Source of the DNA: Nitrosopumilus sp.
GTDB taxonomy: Archaea > Thermoproteota > Nitrososphaeria > Nitrososphaerales > Nitrosopumilaceae
Length of the DNA stretch: 64,000 nt
Assembly (NCBI GenBank): GCA_965214775.1
Contig: OZ243974.1
Location: 352,001 to 416,000, forward strand
Direction of reading: 5' to 3'
Shown piece by piece: positions 40,166 through 50,389 of this stretch. A program made the position numbers and the translations under genes. The stretch's first letter is position 1. Each line of letters begins with the position of its first letter. Below the pieces are notes generated by a model. The model worked only from the letters and a program-made list of their open reading frames with translations, did not search any database and was not told the origin of the DNA.

Positions 40166-40540
40166 CTACCAAATCTTTCGTCTCCCTGATTGATACAATG
40201 CAAATGCCATTGCTCCAAACATTATTGCCAGGAATCCTATCATCGGCAAGGTTGCGACTTTGGGAATTTCCAATATTGCACTTCCCCATGCATAAAGGAA
40301 GATTGCCATTACGTCAAATACTACAAACATCAGAATGTACGGGTAATACTGCATCATAAAATGAGTACGTCCCTCACCACTCGGAACTTGGCCACATTCC
40401 ATCGGCAAAAATTTGACAGGATTGCTTCGTTTACGGGGCGAAACCATTCTAGAAATTATCAGTGCAGGTGCCATAGCTGCGCATGCAAACCCAAACATAA
40501 GTACCACGGTACTGTAACTGCCTGCTAATTCCCCGACCAA
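40166..40540 (-). CDS. nuoA: NADH-quinone oxidoreductase subunit A
   Basis: PMECG, MFVVFDV; start uncertain. Confidence 0.92.
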   Translation of the reverse strand: MVGELAGSYSTVVLMFGFACAAMAPALIISRMVSPRKRSNPVKFLPMECGQVPSGEGRTHFMMQYYPYILMFVVFDVMAIFLYAWGSAILEIPKVATLPMIGFLAIMFGAMAFALYQSGRRKIW

Positions 40541-40712
40541 TTTAGCTTTTGACCCTGATTTTTGTATAAAAAGGTATGCCTCCAATTTTCAAGATGCAGA
40601 ATCCCATAATTGATTCCTCCTGACAAAACATTTGCAAAATCGATCTTTTTCAAATGCGTAATTCATAAAACAAACTTTTTGATCCATCTGTCTGTATGTA
40701 TGTCTGCTTGTA

Positions 40713-40867
40713 GTCTGTCCATCCTCTGTCTGTCCATCCTCTGTCTGTCCATCCTCTGTCTGTCCATCCTCTGTCTGTCCATCCTCTGTCTGTCCATCCT
40801 CTGTCTGTCCATCCTCTGTCTGTCCATCCTCTGTCTGTCCATCCTCTGTCTGTCCATCCTCTGTCTG
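40713..40867. repeat. 15-bp tandem repeat (GTCTGTCCATCCTCT) x10
   Basis: Ten exact units without spacers. Confidence 0.95.
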
Positions 40868-41717
40868 CCTGCCTGCTTGCCTGTCGTCTGCCCGTCTGCC
40901 CACACGTCTTTGCTTTCGTTTGACAATGTGTTTTTCCCTTGGCCTGTTCATCAATACGTGCTATTTGGTTTCTTCTTTGGATGAATTGAAGGCATTCCAC
41001 GCTTGTTCACAATGCTGTACATTGTATTGTGCGGCACGTTGATTTTTTTCCAAACATCCAGTTCTCAAAGCAGCGTAGATGTCTTGTGCAGGTATCTTTG
41101 GTTCCATCAGTAATTGATTTGAGACATGTCTGTTTGTCTGTATGTATTTCTGTATTTCTGTCTGTTTGTCTGTTTTTGCTGTCACTTTCACAAAGTTGGT
41201 TTCCGGGGTATGCCACGCTAGAATTTCAGAAAATTGTCGTACAGAATTGGGCAAATCAGTTCTAATTTCTTTTGCCATTTCAATTTTCTTGCCAATTGAG
41301 GTTGTAAAGGAAACTGCATCTAGAACTGCTTTCAAAGTATTTTTCTTCTTCTTCTTATTCATATGCGGCGCTCATTTGCAAATCGGTTTGGCGTAATGGA
41401 TCGGCCTGTCTTGGCGGCAGTTGTCAGGCACAAAAAAACGCCTGTGCGACAAAATTTGTGCCTGCAGTACGCCAAGGTGGCTTTTTGACTGCTTGTTGCC
41501 GTGTAACTGCAAAAAAGACCTATAGTTCAAATTCTTGGCGGCATTTCTCGCATTTGCCTCTCTCTTCTCCCGGAGGGCCCAAGAGAAACACCTTGCCAAT
41601 CGTGTTACACACAGGGCACCTTCCCGTGGTTGCATTTTTAGGACCGGTGCGTATGATTTTTTGAGTTTTTCTTCGTCCCATCGGCAGAACTTTGCGTTTT
41701 GGCCTATTAAGGTTTAA

Positions 41718-41804
41718 TGGCGCGGGGAGGGGGATTTGAACCCCCGTGTCCTTGCGGACATGGGATTAGCAATCCCACGCCCTACCAGGCTAGGCGATCC
41801 CCGC
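41718..41804 (-). tRNA. tRNA-Ser(GCT)
   Basis: GCGGGGA acceptor, TGGGA-TTGCTAA-TCCCA anticodon arm, long variable arm, GGTTCAAATCC, CCA. Confidence 0.95.
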
Positions 41805-41837
41805 ACAAGGAGGGTCAGAATTAGTCTGTAAATAAAT

Positions 41838-42584
41838 TCAATCGTCGTGAAACCGGCTATAATTCTCAACAATCTCACGCATGGGCAGCCTTTTGCCGCC
41901 TACAATCTTAAGATCTACGTGAACCTTGCCATCAGAAATTGTCAGGATGTTGTAAGTGTTCTCAAACAATCCCCTCGCACGTTCAGAGGTCGCGGTTCCG
42001 GCATTTACTACGTGGAGCTTGCCAAAATTCCATACCCACGGCCTGTGTTTATGGCCGCAAAGGACAACATCCACGTTTGTCCCCAATACTGTTCGCAAGA
42101 CGTCACCTGCATCAACAACTGTCAGTTGATCAGAGCCAGTGTCAGGAATTGCAATCAGATGATGATGCATTGCAACAATCTTTACCTTGTCTTTGTATTT
42201 TCTCATGGTTCTTTCCAGCCAGAGATTTTGTCGATAGCCGACCTCTCCCTCATTCCTGTCAGGTCTTGCAGTTCCAACAGTCACCAAAGCCACATCATCG
42301 CCAAGTTCGTTGATTGCTTCAAACGGGAAGTATCTTTTGAATAACAGGTATCCCGTATTTCTATAATCATGATTTCCGCTAATTGCAATGATTTTTTTTG
42401 TGTTAAACCGGGTCAAAAGTTCCTTGCACCTCTCATATTCCTTCATCAATCCCTCGTTTGTAAGATCACCCGTAATGACAATTACCTCAGGATTCAGATC
42501 ATTGACTTCCCTGACCAGCGTATCAAATTTCTCTTGTAAAAATTGTGAGCCGATGTGTAGATCGGAGATTTGAACTATCTGCAA
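41838..42584 (-). CDS. Calcineurin-like metallophosphoesterase
   Basis: SDLH, TGDL, GNHD, GHKH. Confidence 0.93.
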   Translation of the reverse strand: MQIVQISDLHIGSQFLQEKFDTLVREVNDLNPEVIVITGDLTNEGLMKEYERCKELLTRFNTKKIIAISGNHDYRNTGYLLFKRYFPFEAINELGDDVALVTVGTARPDRNEGEVGYRQNLWLERTMRKYKDKVKIVAMHHHLIAIPDTGSDQLTVVDAGDVLRTVLGTNVDVVLCGHKHRPWVWNFGKLHVVNAGTATSERARGLFENTYNILTISDGKVHVDLKIVGGKRLPMREIVENYSRFHDD

Positions 42585-42703
42585 TGAATTAATTTTATGA
42601 AGCTGGGTATTAAAAACATCCCCATGGAGGAGGAGGAAGTCACGAAGTTTTTGTCGCCCATCAAGGTAGAATTAAATAATAATCGGCTCAAAAACCTCCG
42701 GTT

Positions 42704-43735
42704 TTGAGCAAAAAAGCTGCCGTAATAAGGGGGGACGGAATCGGGCCCGAAGTTGTAGACTCGATGCTTAAAGTTCTAAGAGAATGCAGCCTTCAATCAG
42801 AACTTGTCTTGTGTGAGGCAGGCTCAGAGCAGTGGGACAAAAATGGCAGAAAAGACGCGTCCTACATTCCCGATGCAACGATGAAGATTCTAGAAGAGTC
42901 TGACTGTTGTTTTAAGGGCCCGACAACTACGATTCCGGTTCCAGGTGCGCCCAGAAGTGTGGCAGTAACACTAAGACAGAAATTTGATCTTTATGCAAAC
43001 ATCAGGCCCACCAGGACATATGACAGGCTAACGCCTGACAGAAAGCTTGATTGCGTCTGTTTTAGAGAGGCCACCGAAGGGCTCTATACGGGAGTAGAGG
43101 CAAAAATTACAGATGATGCGGCAATCGCGATTAGAAAGATTACAAGACGTGGAAGTCGAAGGCTGGTTGATTCGGCCGTAGATTGGGCAAACAAATTCAA
43201 CATGAGGAAGATGGTTGCAGTTACAAAAAGAAACATCCTAAAGCAGACTGACGGGATTTTTTGGGATGAAACACAAAAGGCTGTCAGGGGAACAGGAATC
43301 GAGTTATCTGAAATTTACATAGACAACATGGCCCAGCAGATGGTCATTGCAACTGAGCAATTCAACGGCTCAGTACTGGTAAGCACAAACCTGTTTATGG
43401 ACATTATTTCCGAACTGGCATCGGCGCTTGTGGGATCGATCGGATTGATTTACTCTGCAAATATCGGAGACAGATATGCAATGTTTGAAGCAGCACATGG
43501 AAGTGCACCGCAATTTGCAGGACAGAACAAAGTAAATCCGACTGCCACTGTGCTGTCTGGAGCTTGGATGGCAGACTATCTTGGCGAAGGGGAGATCAGG
43601 GATGCAATTTTTGATGCAACAGACAAGGTAATCAACGAAGGAAGAGCAGTCACGTGGGACATCGGAGGCAGTGCATCAACTACGCAGATGACTGATGCAA
43701 TCATACGACACGCAAAAGAAAATCTAAGAAAATAA
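42704..43735 (+). CDS. Isocitrate/isopropylmalate dehydrogenase family protein
   Basis: GDGIGPEV, NLFMDIISE, FEAAHGSAP, NPTA. Confidence 0.93.
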   Translation: MSKKAAVIRGDGIGPEVVDSMLKVLRECSLQSELVLCEAGSEQWDKNGRKDASYIPDATMKILEESDCCFKGPTTTIPVPGAPRSVAVTLRQKFDLYANIRPTRTYDRLTPDRKLDCVCFREATEGLYTGVEAKITDDAAIAIRKITRRGSRRLVDSAVDWANKFNMRKMVAVTKRNILKQTDGIFWDETQKAVRGTGIELSEIYIDNMAQQMVIATEQFNGSVLVSTNLFMDIISELASALVGSIGLIYSANIGDRYAMFEAAHGSAPQFAGQNKVNPTATVLSGAWMADYLGEGEIRDAIFDATDKVINEGRAVTWDIGGSASTTQMTDAIIRHAKENLRK

Positions 43736-44278
43736 TGATCGTTTTTCTGCCTTTACCAGAATCAGCTCTTCAAAGAACATCCTTTTTTTGGCGATGATCC
43801 CGGTTTTCAGGCCCAATTTTTGTGCGTAACTGACTAGTTTTTGATGGTTTGAAAGCGAGGATGTAACAAACACGAATTTCCCATCATATCTAATGAGAGG
43901 AACGACAGAATCAAGGATCATTTTTGGAATCTCAAAGCCTTCGGCGCCTCCATCAGTGGCAACATCCAATATTTCATCAGTTGCCAGATAGGGCAGGTTA
44001 CACACCACAAAATCAAATTGAATGTTTAGCGCATCAGAACCGTTACAGCATACCAAGTTTGATGTCTTGTAGGCAGTCTGATTTTTCAGTACTTTGAAAT
44101 TAATATCGGTTCCAACAACAAACTTGAAATTTTCAGTCAACAGCTTTGTCAGATAGCCAGAACCGCTTCCAACATCCAAGGCACAGTCCCCTTTTTCATT
44201 CCCAATGTTATCTGCGATGAAAAAGGTATCCTCGGAAGGAGGATATTCATCATTTTTGTATTTGTTTTGCAAGTTCAA
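43724..44278 (-). CDS. HemK2/MTQ2-type methyltransferase
   Basis: YPPSEDTF, DVGSGSG, NLPYL. Confidence 0.88.
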   Translation of the reverse strand: MNLQNKYKNDEYPPSEDTFFIADNIGNEKGDCALDVGSGSGYLTKLLTENFKFVVGTDINFKVLKNQTAYKTSNLVCCNGSDALNIQFDFVVCNLPYLATDEILDVATDGGAEGFEIPKMILDSVVPLIRYDGKFVFVTSSLSNHQKLVSYAQKLGLKTGIIAKKRMFFEELILVKAEKRSLFS

Positions 44279-44960
44279 TTAGCTCGTCTCCCGAGAGATC
44301 GTCTACCCGCTTGTCACTTTTGGAATCCACCCCAAACTGACTGAGGACGTTTTTTACAGTTTTTCTCCTGTACGAGAAGATTTTGTTGATTGTCTGGATT
44401 GTCTTTTTGTCGAGATTTGCCCTTTGCTTGATTTTCAGTGCGACAGAATCGATTTTTGGAGGCGGTAAAAAATTATTTTTGCCTACTTTGAGCACGGGTT
44501 CGATTGAAAAGCAGTGTCCTGCAATCACAGAAATTGCTTTTCTTTGCCCAGACGCCTCTTTTTTCACAAGTTTTTCTGCAAACTCCTTTTGGACCATTAT
44601 CACGCCATGAGAAAAGCTGGTTTGGGCCAGCCACTCTATTGCATCCCTGCTTTTAGAATAAGGCAAATTTGAGACAAAAATCGTAAAAGGGTCTTTATTT
44701 TTTTCAAGGCCGTCCCCCGTCCTGAGTACGAGGTTTTCAATTTGGGAGAATCTTGATTTTGCATCCCTTATCAGCTGTTTGTCTGCGTCTACGGAAATTA
44801 CTTTGGATGCCCTTTTGCAAAGTAACGGAGTCAGGATGCCCTTTCCGGTTCCAATCTCAAATACGACGTCATTTTTGGTGATTTTGGCCTCGGAAACTAT
44901 CTTTTGTGCAAGGATTTCAGAGCTGAGAAAGTGCTGTCCCAGGCGTTTTCGCTTTATCAT
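44250..44960 (-). CDS. rsmA: 16S rRNA adenine dimethyltransferase
   Basis: LGQHFL, EIGTGKG, SNLPY, QKEFA. Confidence 0.93.
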   Translation of the reverse strand: MIKRKRLGQHFLSSEILAQKIVSEAKITKNDVVFEIGTGKGILTPLLCKRASKVISVDADKQLIRDAKSRFSQIENLVLRTGDGLEKNKDPFTIFVSNLPYSKSRDAIEWLAQTSFSHGVIMVQKEFAEKLVKKEASGQRKAISVIAGHCFSIEPVLKVGKNNFLPPPKIDSVALKIKQRANLDKKTIQTINKIFSYRRKTVKNVLSQFGVDSKSDKRVDDLSGDELIELAKQIQK

Positions 44961-45526
44961 CTCTTAACGAAGAGATTCATCCTGCTTTGGCCGGTGATTT
45001 CGTCAATGATTCGATCTGAGATGTGTTTGATTGGTTCTTTGAATCCAACTCTTTGTTGCAGGTCTTCATAGCTTGTAAATTTTTGTTTTTCGCGTTCCTC
45101 AAGCATTGTTTTCATGTACGTCTTGCCAATTCCCGGGATTAGTTCAAGTGCATGTATCCTTGGCGTTAACGGTCTGGCATTGTTCAGATATTCAACAAAT
45201 TTTTCTTCGTTTGCAGTTACAATGCTTTCAACTACAGCCGGAAGTTCGGTTTGAGCCGTAGGAGAGATTTTTTCATATTCCATTTTTCCCAGAACAGACA
45301 TTACTTTTGTTCTTCCTTCTTTTCCAATGTAGATTTTCTCTCCCGCCTCAAAAGTGGAGTTTTCCACTCCAAGAATTTCCAATAGTGTGAGTCTGTCCTC
45401 CCCAATAGCAGTTACAATGACTCCCTCTCTTCCCCTAACGGCAGTGGATTTGCCACGCGGGGTAAAATCAAGAACGTATGCATGTTCCTCATATTTCCTA
45501 GATGGCGGGTTGTTTGCCCTGTACAA
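44957..45526 (-). CDS. DUF655 putative RNA-binding protein
   Basis: YEEHAYVLDF, HALELIPGIGK; conserved rpoF-rsmA context. Confidence 0.9.
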   Translation of the reverse strand: MYRANNPPSRKYEEHAYVLDFTPRGKSTAVRGREGVIVTAIGEDRLTLLEILGVENSTFEAGEKIYIGKEGRTKVMSVLGKMEYEKISPTAQTELPAVVESIVTANEEKFVEYLNNARPLTPRIHALELIPGIGKTYMKTMLEEREKQKFTSYEDLQQRVGFKEPIKHISDRIIDEITGQSRMNLFVKR

Positions 45527-45548
45527 GATAAAATTCGCCCCTGAAAGA

Positions 45549-45875
45549 CTAGGAATTCTCCTTGATGATTTTGAGCATTTTTTCTAGAGTTTCTGCAAGA
45601 ATCAGTTTCTTCCAACCAAACGTAAAGGAACGTAACTCTGCCAGGCTGGTTGGTCTAATGTTAACAATTTCAACGGCTTCCTCCTCTGTCAATTCACATT
45701 CTTTGATGAGTCGTTTTTTCATATTTTTTGCGTCCTTTGGCTCAATTGATACAAACTTGGAAACATAATCATGGGTCCAACGTTGAATTTGGTCCATCTC
45801 TTCAGGATCAACCTTGCTCAGAATTTCTTTTACCTCTGAAAGAGAAGTTGCCTGTTTCTTTTTTATTTCTTCCAT
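45549..45875 (-). CDS. rpoF: RNA polymerase subunit F (Rpo4)
   Basis: AVEIVNIRPTSLAELR; lies between rpl21e and DUF655. Confidence 0.9.
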   Translation of the reverse strand: MEEIKKKQATSLSEVKEILSKVDPEEMDQIQRWTHDYVSKFVSIEPKDAKNMKKRLIKECELTEEEAVEIVNIRPTSLAELRSFTFGWKKLILAETLEKMLKIIKENS

Positions 45876-45879
45876 CTCT

Positions 45880-46179
45880 CTATACACCGAATGGTTTTAT
45901 ATGATCCAACCTAGTGATTAAGGTTTTCGATTTATCGCCTAATTTCACGTCAAGAGTGATGGCACGTCTTCCAATGTCGGTAATTACGCCAACTTTGCCG
46001 TGATATCGCCTGTGTGGCAACCCCTTGTGCTGTCTTGGATCAAGGATGACAAGTGCCTGCTGGCCTTTTTGGTATTCACGCAACAGGAATGAGACGCCTC
46101 TTGGAGCCTTTTTCTTCATTACAGATCGGGATTTGTGCCTAAATCCGTGTGAGCGGCCATGAGACTTTTTAGTTGCCAT
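45880..46179 (-). CDS. rpl21e: 50S ribosomal protein L21e
   Basis: KGLPHRRYHGKVG, RLDHIKP. Confidence 0.95.
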   Translation of the reverse strand: MATKKSHGRSHGFRHKSRSVMKKKAPRGVSFLLREYQKGQQALVILDPRQHKGLPHRRYHGKVGVITDIGRRAITLDVKLGDKSKTLITRLDHIKPFGV

Positions 46180-46247
46180 GTAGTGTTGAGCCTTCCAACG
46201 CCCTATTTTAACACTTAGGACAAAAATAGTCTGTTGCATAACTCCGA

Positions 46248-46640
46248 CTAGAGCCAAGTCAGTCCGCCCGGATCACTACCGGCACCAGGTTCCCACATGG
46301 CAGCCACCACCGCCTCTGCGATCCACTTGTTGTACAGCCATATCCTCAGCTTTACCTCATATTCAGCAAATTGTTCATGTGCGTATCCATCTTGTTGTAC
46401 AGCCATATCCTCAGCTTTACCTCCTGCACCACATTGGACCACTTGAGGGCCATTACGCCCTCGCCGAACATGCGCTTTATGGACGATATTACGATCTCGA
46501 CTATCCATCTGCTACCAAAGCCGACAGTGCTCTTCGAGTACCGCAGGTTCTCCTGTCTTTCCTCCTTTGAGAGGTTGCCCACCGACACCTCGGGGCCGCC
46601 CCCGAGCTGCCACCGTACAAGCATGCCCCACTTGTCGCCT
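46248..46640 (-). pseudogene. IS5-family transposase C-terminal remnant with internal duplication
   Basis: GFGSRWIVEIVISSIKRMFGE...EVKLRIWLYNK; a ~38-bp segment is duplicated at ~46321 and ~46386. Confidence 0.7.
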
Positions 46641-46662
46641 GTGCCCTTGCTCTAGTAAATTC

Positions 46663-46744
46663 GTACAACTTCAGGTCCTATTTAAACCGCCTAGGAATCT
46701 AGGAAGTATTTGCTTGCCAGTATAAATGGGACCTGAAGTTGTAC
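46663..46744. mobile_element. 82-bp MITE, IS66-like ends, 8-bp TSD GTAAATTC
   Basis: TIRs GTACAACTTCAGGTCC / GGACCTGAAGTTGTAC; TSD at 46655-46662 and 46745-46752. Confidence 0.85.
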
Positions 46745-46777
46745 GTAAATTCCAAGCCTGCAATGACTGGCCACAGA

Positions 46778-46879
46778 TGTTTGATGCCCAACTATGTCTG
46801 CAATGGAGCCTGATCATAAGATGCCGCCCAGAAAATGTAAAATGTTTGCAGCCAGTATAAATAGAACCTGACGTTGTAC
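46778..46879 (-). mobile_element. Solo IS66-like end
   Basis: Inverted homolog of 26858-26951. Confidence 0.7.
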
Positions 46880-46903
46880 ATAAAATATATATTTTATGTA
46901 TAC

Positions 46904-47746
46904 ATGCTGCCTTTGAAAGATAGGATGGTTACATATAATATAAGACTCGGGCCACAGGAGACCAAGCTTTTGTTCAGTCTGGAAGAGAATGGAGTAAGCG
47001 TCTTTACTACAGAAGATGCCAAAAAAATACTTGCTTCAGGATCAGCATCGACTTGGTCGGTAGTTAGCGGCCTTAAGAAAAAAGGCCGGGTCAGGCAAAT
47101 CGAGAGGGGAAAATACCTGCTTATACCTGCAAGAGCAGGGGTGGAAGGTTACTGGGCCGAATCGCCATGGGTCATAGTCCCACACCTAATTGATGTCTAC
47201 TATGTTGGATTTTGGACGGCTATGAATTACTGGGGGATGACAGAACAAATCCCCTACACGGTTTTTGTGGCAACAACAAAAAGGAAAAAGAAAAGGATCT
47301 TAAAATTTGGAAATCAAAAATTTGAATTTGTAACTTTATCAAAGAAAAAGTTCTTCGGGTTTGTTGAACAAAAAGCAAGCAAAACAGAAACCTTCAACAT
47401 CTCTTCAAAAGAAAAAACAATAGTTGACGGCTTAACGCACTCTGAATATTGTGGTGGCATGCCTGAGGTCGCAAAGGCGATGTGGAATGCAAGGGATGAT
47501 GTAAGCTGGCCAGCAGTGTTAGAGATGTCAAAGAGATCCGGGGTTAGTGCAGTCTTGAGGAGGTTGGGATACCTTCTAAGCATTTTAGATATCGAGCAAG
47601 GAATTGCAAATGATCTAAAAAACGCCTTCAAAGGATATCACTTTCTTGATCCGAACGCGACAAAGGAAATACTGGATTATTCTAAAGAATATGGACTGAT
47701 CATCAACAGGAACAGGAATCGGCTATTGGGTTGGAGGGAATACTGA
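46904..47746 (+). CDS. Type IV TA antitoxin AbiEi-like (wHTH)
   Basis: LKKKGRVRQIERGKY, YYVGFWTAMNYWGMTEQIP, EKTIVD. Confidence 0.88.
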   Translation: MLPLKDRMVTYNIRLGPQETKLLFSLEENGVSVFTTEDAKKILASGSASTWSVVSGLKKKGRVRQIERGKYLLIPARAGVEGYWAESPWVIVPHLIDVYYVGFWTAMNYWGMTEQIPYTVFVATTKRKKKRILKFGNQKFEFVTLSKKKFFGFVEQKASKTETFNISSKEKTIVDGLTHSEYCGGMPEVAKAMWNARDDVSWPAVLEMSKRSGVSAVLRRLGYLLSILDIEQGIANDLKNAFKGYHFLDPNATKEILDYSKEYGLIINRNRNRLLGWREY

Positions 47747-48503
47747 TGGATGATAAAATGATGCGAAAATTAGCTACAAAAAAAGAGTCCCGATTGGAAC
47801 AATCGAAAAAGATTACGCAGTCACAGGTATTCTTTCCGTAATCTCAGAACTTCCGAATATTGGCAAAATGGTGTTCAAAGGCGGCACTGCGCTAAAAAAA
47901 GTCTATTTTGACGATTTTCGATTTTCAGAGGACATAGACTTTACATGCTTGGAAGACGTGTCTGAAGAATTGCATTCATTGTTAGACCGCAAAAAGGACA
48001 GTCTCGGGTTTACTCTGACTGATATTAAAAAAGAGACCACGGCAGGAAACAGCAAAAAGCTTACGGTAAAATACCGCGGATTTAACAATTATCCAAACAA
48101 CGTGAGAGTCGACTTGAGTTTAAGAGAAAAAGCACAAAACGAATCTCGTAATCTCAAAGTCTTGCACAATTACAATGCAATTCCATCTTTCAGCATCCCG
48201 TCAATGGCCGTAGAAGAAATGATGGCAGAAAAGGTCAGGGCAGTAATTTATTCTGGTGCTCCTCGACATCTTTATGATTTGAGTTATCTTTTGGCTAAAC
48301 AAATACCGTTAAATCCCGGCCTAGTCAGAATCAAAATCCGCCTTTATGGAGAAGATTTCAGTATTGAGAGATTCCGCAGAAGCATAGAAGCAATGGAGAA
48401 GGAGTGGGTTGGAGATTTGAGTCCGTTGCTACCTCAGGATCCGCCTCCGTTTAACGCAGTCTCTGGTAATGTTTTACAAAAAATATCAGAGACAATGAAA
48501 TAG
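47746..48503 (+). CDS. AbiEii nucleotidyltransferase toxin, frameshifted at an A7 tract (47778-47784)
   Basis: IEKDY, VFKGGTAL, RFSEDIDF, EKVRA, RHLYDL. The ATG at 47746 overlaps the antitoxin stop and needs a -1 shift to reach the main frame. Confidence 0.85.
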
Positions 48504-48532
48504 CATCATGACTCTAAAGTTTTGATTGTCAG

Positions 48533-48650
48533 GTAACAGGATAGCCCCTGCCCAGGCAGCAATCAGGCACGAATCTGCCTGCAGCTGTGATTTTCATGCC
48601 TGACCTGCAATGGACGTGACTCCAACTCTAGGCAGGGACTATCCTGTTAC
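48533..48650. mobile_element. 118-bp MITE
   Basis: 20-bp TIRs GTAACAGGATAG(C/T)CCCTGCC; core CAATCAGGCACGAAT...CATGCCT...GGACGTGAC shared with MITE 52424-52516. Confidence 0.75.
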
Positions 48651-48671
48651 TGTATTGTGATCGTCAGAAGG

Positions 48672-49724
48672 TGTCTTATATGGAAATTAGGTTCGCCTAA
48701 GCTTTTGAGAAAAGCCAAGGAATACTTTACCCTTTACCGATCAAGAAAAAAGATGAAAAAGACAGCACTTACAGAACGACAGATAAAGTACGCCACGAGA
48801 CAGCGCAAGAAGGGCAGGACGCTAAAGGCAATAGCAAAGGAGCTGGAAGTGACACCCCAGTACGTGGGCAGGTTGTGCTCCGAGTTTGAAAGGACCGGCG
48901 TGATACACGTGCAAAAGAGCTCCGGGAGACCCGCATCACCGCCGCCCTCCAACGACGAGATCCAGACTGTGCTTCGCCTGTACGCCGAGCAGGACATCGG
49001 CGTGGTGCGCACGGCCAGGCGTGCAAGGGAGGAACTGGATATAAGCTACGACTCTGCATACAGGATAATGAGGGAGAACAATCTGGTATCAAAGTCTGCT
49101 GCAAGATCCGCGCAGCGCAAGTGGCTGCGTTATGAGCGCAAGTACTCTAACGCAATGTGGCACGTGGGCTGGCACGATATGAAGGATCCACGCCTGAGAG
49201 GGTTCAAATTAGTCACGTTTTTGGACGATTCCTCCCGGTGTATCACGGCAGCACGGACGTTTGCCGAGGCCACATCCGAGAACGTGGTGATAACACTCAG
49301 GGAGGCCATAGGCAGATTTGGCACACCGGCTACCATACTGTCTGACAACGGCAGGTGCTTCAACGGCGGCCGTAGCAAGAAGAACATACCCAAGGGGGCA
49401 TGGAAGCCGACTGCATTTGAGGCCGAGCTGCTGGACAGGGACATCGGGCTGATAAACTCAAGACCGTACCACCCAGAGACCAACGGCAAGCTGGAACGGT
49501 TCCATGGCACCATCGAGAAGGAAATCCACCACTATGAGAGCCTGGCAGTATACGTGGAGTACTATAACGAGCGCAGGCTGCACTTTGCACTAGATATGGA
49601 CAAGTGTGAGACTCCGTTGCAGGCCTTCTCGGCAAGGGAGGCCACAGAAACGATCAGAAAAAGCGACCCAAAATGGATGGAGAGGGACATCAATGACTAA
49701 CGAACCTAATTTTCATATAACACA
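48672..49724 (+). mobile_element. IS481-family element, 24-bp TIRs, 15-bp TSD GTGATCGTCAGAAGG
   Basis: TGTCTTATATGGAAATTAGGTTCG...CGAACCTAATTTTCATATAACACA; TSD at 48657-48671 and 49725-49739. Confidence 0.92.
48753..49700 (+). CDS. IS481/rve-type DDE transposase (first catalytic Asp apparently Gly)
   Basis: N-terminal HTH, WHVGWH (expected WHxDW), LDDSSR, ILSDNG, PETNGKLER. Confidence 0.9.
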   Translation: MKKTALTERQIKYATRQRKKGRTLKAIAKELEVTPQYVGRLCSEFERTGVIHVQKSSGRPASPPPSNDEIQTVLRLYAEQDIGVVRTARRAREELDISYDSAYRIMRENNLVSKSAARSAQRKWLRYERKYSNAMWHVGWHDMKDPRLRGFKLVTFLDDSSRCITAARTFAEATSENVVITLREAIGRFGTPATILSDNGRCFNGGRSKKNIPKGAWKPTAFEAELLDRDIGLINSRPYHPETNGKLERFHGTIEKEIHHYESLAVYVEYYNERRLHFALDMDKCETPLQAFSAREATETIRKSDPKWMERDIND

Positions 49725-49768
49725 GTGATCGTCAGAAGGTATAAAAGAAAATAAACAAAAAATAACTT

Positions 49769-50389
49769 GTGGCATCTCTAGATAAAGATCTTATGATATT
49801 TAATAAGATTGATGCTGAAAAAATCAAGCAAGTCTTCGACAGGATTGATGAATCCATTGTGCGTAAACCGTTAAAAAAACAGGTGCTGGATGAGATAACA
49901 TGAGACAATTTGTCGGATATGGATGTACTTAGCATCAACCGAATATGCTTTAACTTTACAATATCCGATCAGCCATATGAGATGACCAAAACGATAGACC
50001 GTTCTGATATTGACAAAGATAAGCAAGACGTTCTTAAACAATGCTTAAGCTCGCTGAAGAGCAGGCTGTCAAAAGAGATACTAGAAACTGAGTACAACAT
50101 AATGCATTTGCACGACTTTGGTCATTCGCATATAAGGCACCTTCAAATTGCTTCCGAATTTAGGCCGATCTCAAACGATGATGGCAGGATAATCAAAATA
50201 ATCCCATCCCTGGTTTTTTCGGGACATCTTCACAACCTAGGCAGCGAGGACATAAGGCCGCTGAACTTTCATCTTGATCTGCAACACGCCAAAAGATTAA
50301 TGACGGATATACAAAACAGTATCACAAACGTGGAAAAGGAGATACGTACGTTTCGGGAAAAGTTTGGAGATGATGCAATTGCAATATGA
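49769..50389 (+). pseudogene. COMM-domain-like protein (~206 aa) with in-frame TGA at 49901-49903
   Basis: GTG 49769 is in frame with the track ORF at 49910; helical N-terminus plus C-terminal LQIASEFRPI..IIPSLVF..LNFHLDLQHAKRLMTDIQNSI. Confidence 0.55.

Noticed and set aside
29910-40540. Absence of nuoEFG as a novelty
   Set aside because: An 11-subunit complex I is the normal state in Thaumarchaeota.
40713-40867. Possible CRISPR array
   Set aside because: Head-to-tail 15-mers with no spacers, and no cas genes in the window.
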